NCBI GenBank assembly: GCA_965223415.1 | Contig: OZ245002.1 | Coordinates: forward strand, 2,432,001 to 2,496,000 | Origin: Myxococcota bacterium | GTDB taxonomy: Bacteria; Myxococcota_A; UBA9160; UBA6930 | Direction of reading: 5' to 3' | DNA length: 64,000 nt | Shown here: one piece after another, positions 22,057 through 34,986 of the stretch | Layout: every line of letters starts with the position of its first letter | Numbering within the stretch: position 1 is the stretch's first letter | The notes under the pieces: generated by a model | The model's input: only the letters and a program-made list of their open reading frames with translations | The model's database searches: none | What the model was told of the DNA's origin: nothing | Made by a program: the position numbers and the translations under genes

Positions 22057-22976
22057 CTCGTCTCCTCCCCGGTGGCGTGACCGAAGGTGTGGCGGAGGGT
22101 GGCGTCGAGCGGAGTCAGCTCCAGCCCCAGCCGGGCGCAGGCCGATCGAGGGTCGATGTCGTCGTCGTGCTCCAGGACGCCTAGCATATCCCGGGTCAGC
22201 GGCGGCTCGGCCGTGACTCGTTCGAGCAGGGCTGCGAGCCCGCGCAGCAGCGCCACGGGGACGGGAAGGATGCGCGGCGTGCGCCCCAGAAGGCCCGCGA
22301 CGCGCTCCACCAGCGCGCGGTGGGTCAGGGATTCGGGGCCGGCCAGATCGAGCCCGCCCCGCTGCCCGCCTTCTTCCGCGGCCGCCAGCCGGATCGCCGA
22401 GACCAGGTCGCGGGAATCGATCGGCTGCTCCCGGGTCGCGCCGCCCCTCGCCAGGAACGTGACCGGTGCGCTCGCCTGGCCGCGCAGGGCGCTGGCGGCG
22501 AGCTCGTCCGGGCCGAGCACCATCGGAACGCGAAGGGTCGTGGCGGGAGTGGCGCCGGAGGTGAGGATCTCCTCTGCCCTGGCCTTCGAGGCAAGGCAGC
22601 GGTTCGGCGAGGTCGGAACCGCCCCCAGAATGCTCATGTAGACGACGCGCTCCGCCCCCGCCTTCTCGGCGGCGCGGGCCAGCACTTCACAGGTGCGCTC
22701 GTGGGCGTCCTCGTAGCGGGCGTGACGGCCTTCCTTCAGGATGCCGACCAGGTGGACCCACGCCCCGCATCCCTCTCCGGCGGCACGCAGGGCGGCCTCG
22801 TCGGCGTAGTCGAGGATGCGCACGTCGGGGCGCACGGCCTCCGGCAGCTCGGTCAGCACGGCGGCCGCCCGCTCCGAGCGCACGACGGCGCGCACCAGCC
22901 GCGCGTCGCCCACGGCGCGGATCAGGTCGCGGCCGAGGTGGCCGTTGGCGCCGGTGACGAGGAGGGGCGTGGACAC
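22053..22976 (-). CDS. NAD-dependent epimerase/dehydratase (atypical SDR, NDUFA9-like)
   Basis: LVTGANGHLG, VHLVGIL and QPIDSRDL. Confidence 0.82.
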   Translation of the reverse strand: MSTPLLVTGANGHLGRDLIRAVGDARLVRAVVRSERAAAVLTELPEAVRPDVRILDYADEAALRAAGEGCGAWVHLVGILKEGRHARYEDAHERTCEVLARAAEKAGAERVVYMSILGAVPTSPNRCLASKARAEEILTSGATPATTLRVPMVLGPDELAASALRGQASAPVTFLARGGATREQPIDSRDLVSAIRLAAAEEGGQRGGLDLAGPESLTHRALVERVAGLLGRTPRILPVPVALLRGLAALLERVTAEPPLTRDMLGVLEHDDDIDPRSACARLGLELTPLDATLRHTFGHATGEETR

Positions 22977-23011
22977 CCGCGCACGATACCACGCGGTGTA
23001 TGCTCCGCGGG

Positions 23012-23905
23012 ATGTCCCGCATCGCCGCGCTCCTGGCTCTGCTCCTGCTCTCGGCCTGCGCCTCCCACCTCCGCGATCCGGTCGTGCACGACCCGGCGGC
23101 ACTCGACGAGGCGCACCCGCCCGCACTCGTGGAGACCCGCCTCGAGAGCGCCGGCGCGGCCATGAACGCGATCGTCTACGTCGCGCAGGGAGCGGGTCCC
23201 CACCCGACGGTGGTCCTGCTCCACGGCTTCCCGGGCAACGAGCGCAACCTGGACCTCGCCCAGGCGATCCGGCGCGCGGGCTGGAACGTGGTGTTCTTCC
23301 ACTACCGCGGCGCGTGGGGAAGTGAGGGCGTCTTCTCCTTCGGCCATGTGCTGGAGGACGTGGCGAGCGTGGTGGCGAGCGTCCGCTCGCCGGCCTTCGC
23401 CTCCGCGCACCGGGTCGACCCCGATCGCATCGCGCTGGTGGGGCACAGTATGGGCGGCTTCGCCGCGTTGGTGTCCGGCGCCGACCTGGCCGAGGTGGGA
23501 TGCGTCGTATCGCTGGCCGGCGCGAACCTGGGTGCCTTTGCGGCAGCCGCCCCGGAGCAGCGGGCCGGCATGGCCGCTTCCCTCGACGGCTGGGCCGGGC
23601 CGATCCGGGGCCTTCCGGGCAGCGAGCTGGTCGAGGAGCTCGCAGCCTCCCCGGAGCGCTTCGACACCCTCGTGCGCGCCGATCGCCTCGCGCGCAAGCC
23701 CGTGTTGCTCGTCGCCGGGGCGCTCGATCGGGTCACTCCGCCGGCGCAGCACCACCTGCCCCTCGTCGCGGCCCTGCAGGCGGCCGGCGCGGCGCGCCTC
23801 GAGAGCGTGGTGCTCGAGCGCTCGGACCACTCCTTCTCCGCCGACCGCATCCGTCTGGCGCGCGTGGTCGCCGGCTGGCTCGCCGGCAGCTGCTCGTCCT
23901 CCTGA
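23012..23905 (+). CDS. Alpha/beta hydrolase lipoprotein
   Basis: LSAC lipobox; LHGFPG, GHSMGG, Asp in ALDRV and DHSF. Confidence 0.85.
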   Translation: MSRIAALLALLLLSACASHLRDPVVHDPAALDEAHPPALVETRLESAGAAMNAIVYVAQGAGPHPTVVLLHGFPGNERNLDLAQAIRRAGWNVVFFHYRGAWGSEGVFSFGHVLEDVASVVASVRSPAFASAHRVDPDRIALVGHSMGGFAALVSGADLAEVGCVVSLAGANLGAFAAAAPEQRAGMAASLDGWAGPIRGLPGSELVEELAASPERFDTLVRADRLARKPVLLVAGALDRVTPPAQHHLPLVAALQAAGAARLESVVLERSDHSFSADRIRLARVVAGWLAGSCSSS

Positions 23906-23935
23906 GCTGCGGCCAGTCGCTACGCTTCCCGAGCC

Positions 23936-24685
23936 GTGTTCCCCCTCCGCGACGACAACCCTACGCTCGGGACCTCCGCGTCGACGCTGGCGCTGATCGG
24001 CGCGAACGTCGCGGCCTGGGCCCTCGTGCAGGGGCTCGGCACCGAGCCCGCCCTCGTGCGCTCGGTCTGCGAGCTCGGCGCGATCCCGGGCGAGCTGCTC
24101 GGCAACGTCCCGCCCGGCACGGAAGTTCCCCTCGGTCCGGGTGTCGCCTGCCGCATCGACGCCGAGCCCGCCTGGACGACCGTCGTCACCTCGATGTTCC
24201 TGCACGGTGGGTGGTTCCACCTGCTCGGCAACATGTGGTTCCTCTGGGTCTTCGGAGACAACGTCGAGGACGCCATGGGCCGTGCCCGCTTCGTCCTCTT
24301 CTATCTGCTTTGCGGCCTGGCGGCGGTGGCGGCACAGATGGCCAGCAACCCGGACAGCGCGATCCCGATGGTCGGCGCCTCCGGCGCGATCGGCGGCGTG
24401 ATGGGGGCGTACGCCGTCCTCTACCCGAAGGTCGGCGTCCACATGCTGCTCGTGCTCGGCTTCTACGTGGACCGTATCGTCGTGCCCGCCTGGCTGATGC
24501 TCGGCTACTGGTTCCTGCTCCAGATCGTGGGCGGCATCCCCGCCCTGGCCAGCGAGGGTGGGGGCGTGGCGTTCTGGGCACACGCCGGCGGCTTCCTCGC
24601 CGGCGTCCTGCTCGTCTTCCCGTTCCGGAGCCAGCAGCGTCTCGCCGCGCACCGGGCGATGCTCGCACGACAGGCCTGGCGGTAG
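23936..24685 (+). CDS. Rhomboid intramembrane serine protease
   Basis: MFLHGGWFHLLGNM, GASG and AHAGG. Confidence 0.92.
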   Translation: MFPLRDDNPTLGTSASTLALIGANVAAWALVQGLGTEPALVRSVCELGAIPGELLGNVPPGTEVPLGPGVACRIDAEPAWTTVVTSMFLHGGWFHLLGNMWFLWVFGDNVEDAMGRARFVLFYLLCGLAAVAAQMASNPDSAIPMVGASGAIGGVMGAYAVLYPKVGVHMLLVLGFYVDRIVVPAWLMLGYWFLLQIVGGIPALASEGGGVAFWAHAGGFLAGVLLVFPFRSQQRLAAHRAMLARQAWR

Positions 24686-24726
24686 CGGCCTCCGGTCCCC
24701 GCCTCGCCTGCAAGAAGGAGGGAACC

Positions 24727-25536
24727 GTGAACGAGCTGCTCGAAACCGTCCGCGAGGCCGCCGTGGCCTGGGCTCCGGATCTCGTCGCCGCCGCCGTCAT
24801 CCTCGTGCTCGGGTGGTTGGGCGCGAAGGTCGCGCGCGCGCTCCTGCGCCGCGCGATGCGCCGCGCTGGCGTGGAGCCGACCCTGGTGCGCTTCGCCGGA
24901 AGCCTCGCCTACATGGCGCTGATGGCGATGGTCGTGATCGCCGTCCTCGGCCGACTCGGCGTGAACACCACCTCCTTCGCCGCGGTGATCGCCGCCGCCG
25001 GTCTGGCCGTGGGCCTCGCCTTCCAGGATTCTCTCTCCAACTTCGCATCCGGCGTCCTGCTAATCGTGTTCCGGCCCTTCGAGGTGGGCGACTACGTGGA
25101 GACCGCCGACGTGAGCGGCACGATCGAGGAGGTCCAGGTCTTCACCACCGTGCTGAAGACGCCGGACAACAAGAAGGTGATCGTGGGCAACGCCGCCGTC
25201 ACGTCCGCGAGCATCACGAACTACTCCGCCTACCCCACCCGCCGCGTCGACATGGTGTTCGGGATCGGCTACGCGGACGACATCCCCCGGGCCCGCCAGG
25301 TGGTCGAAGAGGTGCTCGCGGCCGACGATCGGGTGCTCGAGGATCCGCCGCCGGAAGTGGTCGTCGCGGAGCTGGCGGACTCGAGTGTCAACTTCGTGGT
25401 GCGCCCGTGGGTGGCTACGAGCGACTACTGGGACGTACGCGGTGATGTCCACGAGAGGATCAAGCTCGCCTTCGACGCCCAGGGCATCTCGATTCCCTTC
25501 CCCCAGACCGACGTGCATCTGCATACGGCCGCGTGA
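24727..25536 (+). CDS. mscS: Small-conductance mechanosensitive channel
   Basis: AAGGAG RBS; GLAVGLAFQDSLSNFASG, RPFEVGD and ISIPFPQ. Confidence 0.9.
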   Translation: MNELLETVREAAVAWAPDLVAAAVILVLGWLGAKVARALLRRAMRRAGVEPTLVRFAGSLAYMALMAMVVIAVLGRLGVNTTSFAAVIAAAGLAVGLAFQDSLSNFASGVLLIVFRPFEVGDYVETADVSGTIEEVQVFTTVLKTPDNKKVIVGNAAVTSASITNYSAYPTRRVDMVFGIGYADDIPRARQVVEEVLAADDRVLEDPPPEVVVAELADSSVNFVVRPWVATSDYWDVRGDVHERIKLAFDAQGISIPFPQTDVHLHTAA

Positions 25537-25551
25537 AGAGGTGCGATCCGC

Positions 25552-27783
25552 TCACGGGGCTGCGGACGGGCGGAGTGTGATCACGACCGACTTGTAGGCT
25601 GGGGTGAAGCTCTTCTCCGCGTACTGCTCGACCGGAACGAGCGGGTTCGCCTCGGGGAAGTAGGTGACCGCGCATCCGCGAGGCACCTCGTAGGCCAGGG
25701 CGCGGAACCCCCGCACGGTGCGCATCTCCGCCCGCTCGCCCTCGCCGAAGTGGCTGGTGACGTCCACCGCCTGGCCTTCGACGAGGACCCTTTCGGCGAG
25801 GTCCTCGGGATGCAGGAAGATCACCCGCCGGTCGCCCGCCGTGCCGCGATAGCGATCGTCGTTCGTGTAGACCGTGGTGTTGTACTGGTCGTGGCTGCGC
25901 ACGGTCATCATCAGGAGCTGCCCGGGAGCGAGCGCCAGGTCCGGCAGCGGAAGCTCGGCGAATTGGGCGCGGCCGGAAGCGGTGTCGAAGCGTCGCTCCC
26001 GTGGCGGCCGCGGCAGGACGAAGCCGCCCGGCTCCCGGACGCGCCGGTTCATGTCCTCGAAGCCGGGAACGACCCGGGCGATGCGATCGCGGATCCGATC
26101 GTAGTCCCGCGCCAGCTCGTCCCAGCGCACCCGGCTCTTCCCGCCGAGCGCCGCGTTGGCGACGCCGGCCACGATCGCGGGCTCGCTGCGGAGCTCGTGG
26201 CTCGCCGGCGGAAGCCGGCCCTGGGAGCGGTGCACGCAGGCCATCGAGTCCTCGACGGTCACGAACTGGAGCTCACCCTCCTGGTGATCGAGCTCGGTCC
26301 GACCCAGGCAGGGCAGCAGGATCGATTCCCGTCCTGCGACCAGGTGCGTGCGGTTGAGCTTCGTCGCCACGTGCACGGCGAGCTCCGGCCCCGCCAGGGC
26401 CCGCTCCACGTGCTCGGTGTCCGGCGTCGCCCGCGCGAAGTTGCCGCCCATCGACATGAAGAAGCGCGCCTCGCCGTTCGCCAGGGCGCGGATGGTCTCG
26501 ATCGTGTTCCAGCCCGGCTCGCGCGGGGCGGTGATGCCGAACTCCGCTTCGAGGGCGTCCAGAAAGGCGGGCTTCGGGCTCTCCCAGATGCCCATGGTGC
26601 GGTCGCCCTGCACGTTGCTGTGGCCGCGCACGGGGCAGGGCCCCGCACCGGGTCGCCCGATGTGTCCACCCAGGAGGAGCAGGTTCATCACCTCCTGCAC
26701 GTTGTGGACGCCGAAGCGGTGCTGGGTGAGACCCATCGCCCAACAGGCGATCATCCGCTCGGAGTCCGCGATGATCTCGGCGAGCGTGCGCATCTCGGCC
26801 CGCTGCACGCCCGAGCCCCGCACCAGGTCGTCCGGGTCGGTCTTCTCGAGTGCGGCACGGAAGGCCTCGAAGCCCGACGTGTGCTCGGCGATGAAGGCGT
26901 GGTCGATCGCGTCCCGCGCCAGGAGCTCCTTCATCACGCCCTTCAGCAGCGCGATGTCCCCACCGACGCGGATCTGCACGAAGCGTTCGGCCAGGGCGGT
27001 ACCCCGGCCAAGAAGCCCGCGCGCCGTCTGGGGATGCTTGAAGCGCACGAGTCCGCGCTCGCGCAGCGGGTTGATGCTGACGATGCGGCAGCCCCGGCGC
27101 GCGGCCTTCTCGAGGGTCGTCAGCATGCGAGGGTGGTTGCTGCCCGGGTTCTGGCCGAGCACCAGGATCAGGTCGGCGGCTTCGAAGTCCTCGAGGCCCA
27201 CGGTTCCCTTGCCGATGCCGATCGATTCGCCGAGCCCGGCGCCGCTCGACTCGTGACACATGTTCGAGCAGTCCGGCAGGTTGTTCGTGCCCAGCTCGCG
27301 GGCGAAGAGCTGGTAGAGGAAGGCGGCTTCGTTGCTGGTCCGGCCCGAGGTGTAGAAGACCGCATGGTTCGGCGACGGCAGCCCGCGCAGGGCGGAGCCG
27401 ATACGCTCGAAGGCCCGGTCCCAGGAGACGGGCGCGTAGTGGGCGCCGTCCACGCGCCGCCAGAGGGGCTCGGCGAGCCGGCCCTGGGCCTCGAGCCAGC
27501 GGTCGCTCTGCTCGAGGAGCCGGGCGAGGGGCCACGAGCGGAAGAAGTCCCCGCCGATGGTGGCCCGGGTCGCCTCGTGGCTCACCGCCTTGGCGCCGTT
27601 CTCGCAGAACTCGAGCGGGCCGGGCTGGTCCTCCTCGGGCCAGGCGCAGCCCGGACAGTCGAAGCCCCCGGGCTGGTTGACGCGCAGGAGCGCGGGGACG
27701 CTCCGGGTCAGACCGGCGCTCGCGGCGCAGCGCGCCGTGTGCACCACGGAGGGAAGTCCGCCGGCGGCTTCGTCCTTGGCCAT
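25552..27783 (-). CDS. FdhF/YdeP-family molybdopterin oxidoreductase
   Basis: GFDCPGCAW, EFCENGAKA, NNLPDCSNMCHE, RGHSNVQG and RSHDQYNT. Confidence 0.92.
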   Translation of the reverse strand: MAKDEAAGGLPSVVHTARCAASAGLTRSVPALLRVNQPGGFDCPGCAWPEEDQPGPLEFCENGAKAVSHEATRATIGGDFFRSWPLARLLEQSDRWLEAQGRLAEPLWRRVDGAHYAPVSWDRAFERIGSALRGLPSPNHAVFYTSGRTSNEAAFLYQLFARELGTNNLPDCSNMCHESSGAGLGESIGIGKGTVGLEDFEAADLILVLGQNPGSNHPRMLTTLEKAARRGCRIVSINPLRERGLVRFKHPQTARGLLGRGTALAERFVQIRVGGDIALLKGVMKELLARDAIDHAFIAEHTSGFEAFRAALEKTDPDDLVRGSGVQRAEMRTLAEIIADSERMIACWAMGLTQHRFGVHNVQEVMNLLLLGGHIGRPGAGPCPVRGHSNVQGDRTMGIWESPKPAFLDALEAEFGITAPREPGWNTIETIRALANGEARFFMSMGGNFARATPDTEHVERALAGPELAVHVATKLNRTHLVAGRESILLPCLGRTELDHQEGELQFVTVEDSMACVHRSQGRLPPASHELRSEPAIVAGVANAALGGKSRVRWDELARDYDRIRDRIARVVPGFEDMNRRVREPGGFVLPRPPRERRFDTASGRAQFAELPLPDLALAPGQLLMMTVRSHDQYNTTVYTNDDRYRGTAGDRRVIFLHPEDLAERVLVEGQAVDVTSHFGEGERAEMRTVRGFRALAYEVPRGCAVTYFPEANPLVPVEQYAEKSFTPAYKSVVITLRPSAAP

Positions 27784-27836
27784 CGCCAGCGGAGCCTACA
27801 CGATCTCGTCCGGGTCCCGGGAACCTCCCCGACTGC

Positions 27837-28652
27837 CTAGCCCGCAGCGAGCCGTTCCCGCGCCCCGTAGGCGTTCAGGCCACTGCTGCGCAGGAAGCCC
27901 ACGAGCAGGACCCTACCTTCGGCGGCGAGATCGACCGCCAGCGACGTGGGCGCCGAGACCGCGGCGATCGCCGGGATGCGTGCAGCCAGGGCCTTCTGCA
28001 CGATCTCGAACGAGATCCGGCCCGACACCATCAGTACGTGGCCGGCGAGAGGCAGTGCGCCCGCGCGCGCTGCCCAGCCGACGACCTTGTCGACCGCGTT
28101 GTGTCGGCCGACGTCCTCCCGGGCGACGCGCAGCCCGCCGCCGGGATCGAAGAGGCCCGCGGCGTGCAGCCCGCCGGTCTCCTCGAAGACCACCTGGGCC
28201 GCGCGAAGGCGATCCGGCAGCGAGCGCAGCAGACCGGTCGTGAAGCGCGTGTCGTCGTCCAGGGGCGGCGCGACCCGCATCGCGCTCTCCAGGCTGGCCT
28301 TTCCGCACACGCCGCAGCTCGAGCTGGCGAACAGGTTGCGGCGCAGCGCTTCCAGGTCGACGCGGGCTTCGTCGGCGAGGGAGACGCGCACGACGTTCTC
28401 GTCGCCGCTGTGGTGGTGCACCGAGAGCAGCTCCTTCGGATCCGAGACGATGCCCTCGCCGTGCAGGAAGCCGGTGACCAGCTCGAGATCGTGCCCCGGC
28501 GTCCGCATCACGACGGCCAGGGAGGCGCCCCCGATCTGGATCTCGAGCGGCTCCTCGTGGGCCACGCGGTCCCCGGCGCTCTCCAGGCCGTCGCCACGGA
28601 GACGGCTCACGGCTACGGCGCGACTACCCTCCAGGATCTCGTCGCGACTCAC
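27837..28652 (-). CDS. fdhD: Formate dehydrogenase accessory sulfurtransferase
   Basis: EEPLEI, MRTPG, SSSCGVCG, TGGLHAA and EDVGRHNAVDK. Confidence 0.93.
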   Translation of the reverse strand: MSRDEILEGSRAVAVSRLRGDGLESAGDRVAHEEPLEIQIGGASLAVVMRTPGHDLELVTGFLHGEGIVSDPKELLSVHHHSGDENVVRVSLADEARVDLEALRRNLFASSSCGVCGKASLESAMRVAPPLDDDTRFTTGLLRSLPDRLRAAQVVFEETGGLHAAGLFDPGGGLRVAREDVGRHNAVDKVVGWAARAGALPLAGHVLMVSGRISFEIVQKALAARIPAIAAVSAPTSLAVDLAAEGRVLLVGFLRSSGLNAYGARERLAAG

Positions 28653-29461
28653 GGGGCCGGCGCCACTTCGGCGAGGAAGCGCGCCAGGCGCTCCAGGTAG
28701 GGCCGGCCGCCGATCGCCACGACGTCGTTGTGGCCGGCGCCCGCGACGGTCTCGAAGGCCTTCGGCTCCGGCGCCGCCTCGAAGAGCCGGCGGCCGAGGG
28801 ATGGTCGGATCAACCGATCGCGGTCGCCGTGGAAGAAGATCACGGGACAGCGGAGCTCGCCGACCTTGTCCACCGCGTTGAGCTTGCCTCCGAGCCAGAA
28901 GCGCAGCGGCACGCCCCAGAGCGATTTCGAGATGTCGGCCACGGAGGTGAAGGTGCTCTCCAGGACGACGCCGGCAAGCGGGCGGCCGCGGGCCACCTCG
29001 ACGGCGATGGCACCGCCCAGGGAGCGGCCGAAGACGACGATCTCCTCCTCGGCGATGCCGCGCTCCCCGGTGAGCCAGGCGAGGCCGGCCCGGGCGTCGG
29101 CGTAGACGCCCTCCTCGCTGGGGTGTACCGGGTCGGAGAGGCCGTAGCCGCGATAGTCGAGCAGCAGCACGTCCGCGCCCATGCGGGCCAGGAGCGCCGC
29201 GTTCGGAAGGCGGTGGGAGGCGTTGCCGGCGTTGCCGTGCAGGAAGAGCAGGCTCAGCCTGCGCTCGGTGGCAGGCAGGAAGAAGGCGTGGATGCGCACG
29301 CCGTCCTCGGCGTGAAGGAAGAGGGACTCGGCTTCGAGGCCCACCTCCTTCGGGTCCAGGTCGACGCCGGGGCTCGGCTGGAAGATCAGGCGGTCGAGGC
29401 AACCCATCCAGAAGAGAGGCAGGGCGAGAAGGAGAGCCGAGCCCGCGGGCCGGCGCTTCAT
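28649..29461 (-). CDS. Alpha/beta hydrolase (ABHD13/17-like)
   Basis: HGNAGN, DYRGYG, GRSLG, HGDRD and AGHND. Confidence 0.88.
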   Translation of the reverse strand: MKRRPAGSALLLALPLFWMGCLDRLIFQPSPGVDLDPKEVGLEAESLFLHAEDGVRIHAFFLPATERRLSLLFLHGNAGNASHRLPNAALLARMGADVLLLDYRGYGLSDPVHPSEEGVYADARAGLAWLTGERGIAEEEIVVFGRSLGGAIAVEVARGRPLAGVVLESTFTSVADISKSLWGVPLRFWLGGKLNAVDKVGELRCPVIFFHGDRDRLIRPSLGRRLFEAAPEPKAFETVAGAGHNDVVAIGGRPYLERLARFLAEVAPAP

Positions 29462-29772
29462 TCCATGCCGAGCTCGAGCCGGGCCGCGTCCGACATCATG
29501 GTCGGGCTCCAGGGTGGCTCCCAAACGAGATCGAGGGCGACGTCGGTCACGCCTTCGACGGTGCGTGCCTTGGCTTCGACCTCTGGTGGCAGCGTCTCCG
29601 CCACCGGGCACATCGGAGATGTGAGGGTCATGACGATCTTCACGTCGCCGGTGTCGTCTGCCTCCACTTCGTAGATGAGGCCCAGCTCGTAGATGTCGAC
29701 CGGGATCTCGGGGTCGTAGACCGTGCGCAGCACGTCGACCACGGCCTGCTTGATCGTCTGGGCGTCGGCCAC
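29458..29772 (-). CDS. sufT: SUF Fe-S assembly protein (DUF59/SufT-like)
   Basis: VYDPEIPVDIYELGLIY, MTLTSPMCP and WEPPW. Confidence 0.88.
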   Translation of the reverse strand: MADAQTIKQAVVDVLRTVYDPEIPVDIYELGLIYEVEADDTGDVKIVMTLTSPMCPVAETLPPEVEAKARTVEGVTDVALDLVWEPPWSPTMMSDAARLELGME

Positions 29773-29783
29773 CGTCTCTCTCC

Positions 29784-30236
29784 TCACTCGGTCTTGGCGG
29801 TCTCGCCGGTCTGCTCGATGGCGGACTTGAGCGTGTGCCATGCGAGCGTCGCGCACTTCACGCGCATGGGGAACTCGCGCACGCCGGCGAAGACCGCGAG
29901 CTTGCCCACGCCGTCGGTGTCCGGCGTCTCCGTCGGCGAGCTCGTCACCAGCGCGTGGAAGGACTCGAAGAGGGCCAGGGCCTCGTCCACCGGCGTGCCC
30001 TTCACGGCCTCGGTCATCATCGAGGCGGAGGCGGTCGAGATGGCGCAGCCGGAGCCCTGGAAGCCCGCGTCGCTGACCACGCCGTCTTCGACCTGCAGGA
30101 AGATCTTCACCTTGTCCCCGCACAGCGGGTTGAAGCCGTCCGCCGCGCGGTTGGCAGCGTCGGGAACGCGGAAGTTCCTCGGCCGCTTGTTGTGGTCGAG
30201 GATGGTGGTCTGGTAGAGCTCGCGCAGGTCGTCCAT
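29784..30236 (-). CDS. sufU: SUF NifU-family scaffold/sulfurtransferase
   Basis: LYQTTILDH, NPLCGD, GCAIS and RVKCATL. Confidence 0.93.
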   Translation of the reverse strand: MDDLRELYQTTILDHNKRPRNFRVPDAANRAADGFNPLCGDKVKIFLQVEDGVVSDAGFQGSGCAISTASASMMTEAVKGTPVDEALALFESFHALVTSSPTETPDTDGVGKLAVFAGVREFPMRVKCATLAWHTLKSAIEQTGETAKTE

Positions 30237-30270
30237 CAGCGGATCCGGATCGAAGCGATGGATCGGTCCA

Positions 30271-31490
<1,220 letters not shown>

Positions 31491-31494
<4 letters not shown>

Positions 31495-32758
31495 GCCGGC
31501 GCTCCGCTGGACTCGAGTCGCTCCACGAACAGCGCGCTCAGGGCCTCTGCCAGGGAGGGCTCGGGAAGCGCGGTCAGCACCTCGGCCGCGAAGCCTCGGG
31601 TGAGCAGGGCTCGGGCCTCGGCCTGGCCGATGCCGCGGCTGCGCAGGTAGAAGAGGGCCTCCGGGTCGAGCCGTCCGATCGCGGCGCCGTGGCTGCACTT
31701 GACGTCGTCGGCGTAGATCTCGAGCTGGGGCTTGGTGTCGATCTCGGCGCCGTCCGAGAGCAGCAGGTTCGGGTTCGACTGCTGAGCGTCGCTCTTCTGG
31801 GCGTCCGGCCGCACGACGACGCGACCCCGGAAGACGCCGCGGGAGCGCTCCGCCAGTACGCCTTTGTAGAGCTCGGCGCTCGTGCCGTGGGGCACGGCGT
31901 GGTCCACCCAGGTGTGGTTGTCGACGAGGGCTTCGCCGCGGCCCAGGTAGAGGCCGTTCATCGCGCACTCGGCGCCCTCGCCGGCGAGCACCACCCGGAG
32001 GTCGTTGCGCACGAAGCGGCCGCCCAGGGTGACGGTGTGGGTCCGCAGGCGTGCGTCGCGCTCGACCCGTGCCGTCACGTTGCCGACGTGGAAGCTCGCG
32101 TCGTTCGGCCGCTGGAGGATCACGAGGTCGAGGGACGCGTTCGCCGCGAGCTCCACCTCGACCACCGAGTTCGCGAAGTGGCGCGCGCCTGCGAGGGACA
32201 CGTGGTCCACGATGATCGTGCCGCGGCCTCCGGCCTCGACCTCGACGACCACGCGGGGGTGACTGGCCGCATCTTCGGAGCCCTGGGCGAAGACCAGGTG
32301 CACCGCGCGGGGATTCTCGCCCTGGACCTGCACCCGCGCGCCGTCACAGGCGAGGGCACCGTTCAGGGCGACGAAGGGGTGGGTCTTGGCGTCGGCCAGG
32401 CGCCCGAGGAGGGCCGGCGCGGCATCGGCGCTTCCGAGGGGCATCACCTCGGTGGCGCCGGGCGATCCGTGCAGCTCTGGATGGTGATGGCCGTCGACGA
32501 ACACCTCGAGGCCGCAGGCGAAGATCGGCGTGGCGATCGCCTCGATGGCACTGCGCGAAGGGGAGAGCGGCTCGTGGAGGGCCGTCCATTCGATGCCGGC
32601 CAGGGGAGCGACGTTGGTGTAGCGCCATTCCTCCTGCTTCGTGGTCGGAAGGCCCTGGGCCATGAAGGCCGCCGCTCCCTCTCGGCGCAGCTCCGCGAAG
32701 GCCGGCGGCGCCGGCTGCTCCGCAGACTGGGCGAGGAATCGGTCGCGGGCCTCCTCCA

Positions 32759-32759
<1 letters not shown>
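31491..32759 (-). CDS. sufD: Fe-S assembly protein SufD
   Basis: EEWRYT, KPQLEIYADDVKCSHG and FYLRSRGI. Confidence 0.95.
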
Positions 32760-33508
<749 letters not shown>

Positions 33509-33513
33509 CGTCA

Positions 33514-34971
33514 CTAGCCCACGCTCCCTTCCAGCGAGATCCCGAGCAGCTTCTGGGCCTCGACGGCGAACTCCATCGGCAGCTCCCGCAGCACCTCCTT
33601 GCAGAAGCCGTTCACGATCATCGAGATCGCGTCCTCCTCCGAGATGCCCCGCTGGCGGCAGTAGAAGAGCTGATCCTCGCCGATCTTCGAGGTGGTGGCC
33701 TCGTGCTCGAGCGTGGACGAGGCGTTCTTCACCTCGAGGTAGGGGAAGGTGTGGGCGCCGCACTGGTCGCCGAGCAGGAGCGAATCGCACTGGCTGTAGT
33801 TGCGGGCGCCGTGTGCCTTCGGGCCGATCCGCACGAGCCCGCGGTAGCTCTGCTGGCCGCGGCCGGCGGAGATGCCCTTCGAGATGATCGTGCTCTTCGT
33901 GTTCTTGCCGATGTGGATCATCTTCGTGCCGGTGTCGGCCTGCTGGAGGTTGTTCGTGAGCGCGACCGAGTAGAACTCGCCCACCGAGTCGTCGCCCTGG
34001 AGCAGGCAGCTCGGGTACTTCCAGGTGATCGCGGAGCCGGTCTCGACCTGGGTCCAGGAGATCTTCGAGCGCTTGCCCCGGCAGGCGCCGCGCTTGGTCA
34101 CGAAATTGTAGATGCCGCCCACGCCGTTCTTGTCGCCCGGGTACCAGTTCTGGACGGTGGAGTACTTGATCTCGGCGTCGTCGAGGGCGACGAGCTCCAC
34201 CACCGCGGCGTGCAGCTGGTTCTCGTCCCGCATCGGCGCCGTGCAACCCTCGAGGTAGGACACGTAGGAGCCCTCCTCGGCGACGATCAGGGTGCGCTCG
34301 AACTGGCCGGTCTCCTGGGCGTTGATGCGGAAGTAGGTCGAGAGCTCCATCGGGCAGCGCACGCCCTTCGGGATGTAGGCGAAGGAGCCGTCGCTGAAGA
34401 CGGCGGAGTTGAGCGCCGCGAAGAAGTTGTCGGAGTAGGGCACGACCGAGCCCAGGTACTTGCGAACGAGATCCGGGTGCTCCTTCACCGCGTCGGAGAA
34501 GGGGCCGAAGATGATGCCCTGCTTCCCCAGCTCTTCCTTGTAGGTGGTGGCGACGGAGACGCTGTCGAAGACCGCGTCCACCGCGACGCCCGCCAAGCGC
34601 TTCTGCTCCTCGAGCGGGATGCCGAGCTTGTCGTAGGTCTCGAGCAGCTCCGGGTCGACCTCGTCGAGGCTCTCGAGCTGCTTCTTCGGCTTCGGCGCCG
34701 CGTAGTAGTACATGTCCTGGTAGTCGATCTCCGGGTAGGAGACCTTCGCCCAGTCCGGGCGGTGGCCAAGGTCGAGCAGCTGCTGGAAGCGCTTCAGGGC
34801 CTTGAGTCGCCACTCGAGCAGCCACTCGGGCTCGTCCTTCTTGGCCGAGATGATGCGGACGATCTCCTCGGAGAGACCCTTCGGGATCCGCTCCTCTTCG
34901 ATGTCCGTGACGAAGCCGTACTCGTACTCGCGGTCGGCGAGCTGCTCGAGGGCGTCCTGTGATTCCGACAT
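33514..34971 (-). CDS. sufB: Fe-S assembly protein SufB
   Basis: [23 protein letters not shown] and [10 protein letters not shown]. Confidence 0.96.
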   Translation of the reverse strand: MSESQDALEQLADREYEYGFVTDIEEERIPKGLSEEIVRIISAKKDEPEWLLEWRLKALKRFQQLLDLGHRPDWAKVSYPEIDYQDMYYYAAPKPKKQLESLDEVDPELLETYDKLGIPLEEQKRLAGVAVDAVFDSVSVATTYKEELGKQGIIFGPFSDAVKEHPDLVRKYLGSVVPYSDNFFAALNSAVFSDGSFAYIPKGVRCPMELSTYFRINAQETGQFERTLIVAEEGSYVSYLEGCTAPMRDENQLHAAVVELVALDDAEIKYSTVQNWYPGDKNGVGGIYNFVTKRGACRGKRSKISWTQVETGSAITWKYPSCLLQGDDSVGEFYSVALTNNLQQADTGTKMIHIGKNTKSTIISKGISAGRGQQSYRGLVRIGPKAHGARNYSQCDSLLLGDQCGAHTFPYLEVKNASSTLEHEATTSKIGEDQLFYCRQRGISEEDAISMIVNGFCKEVLRELPMEFAVEAQKLLGISLEGSVG

Positions 34972-34986
34972 GGGAATGGGTGGGTC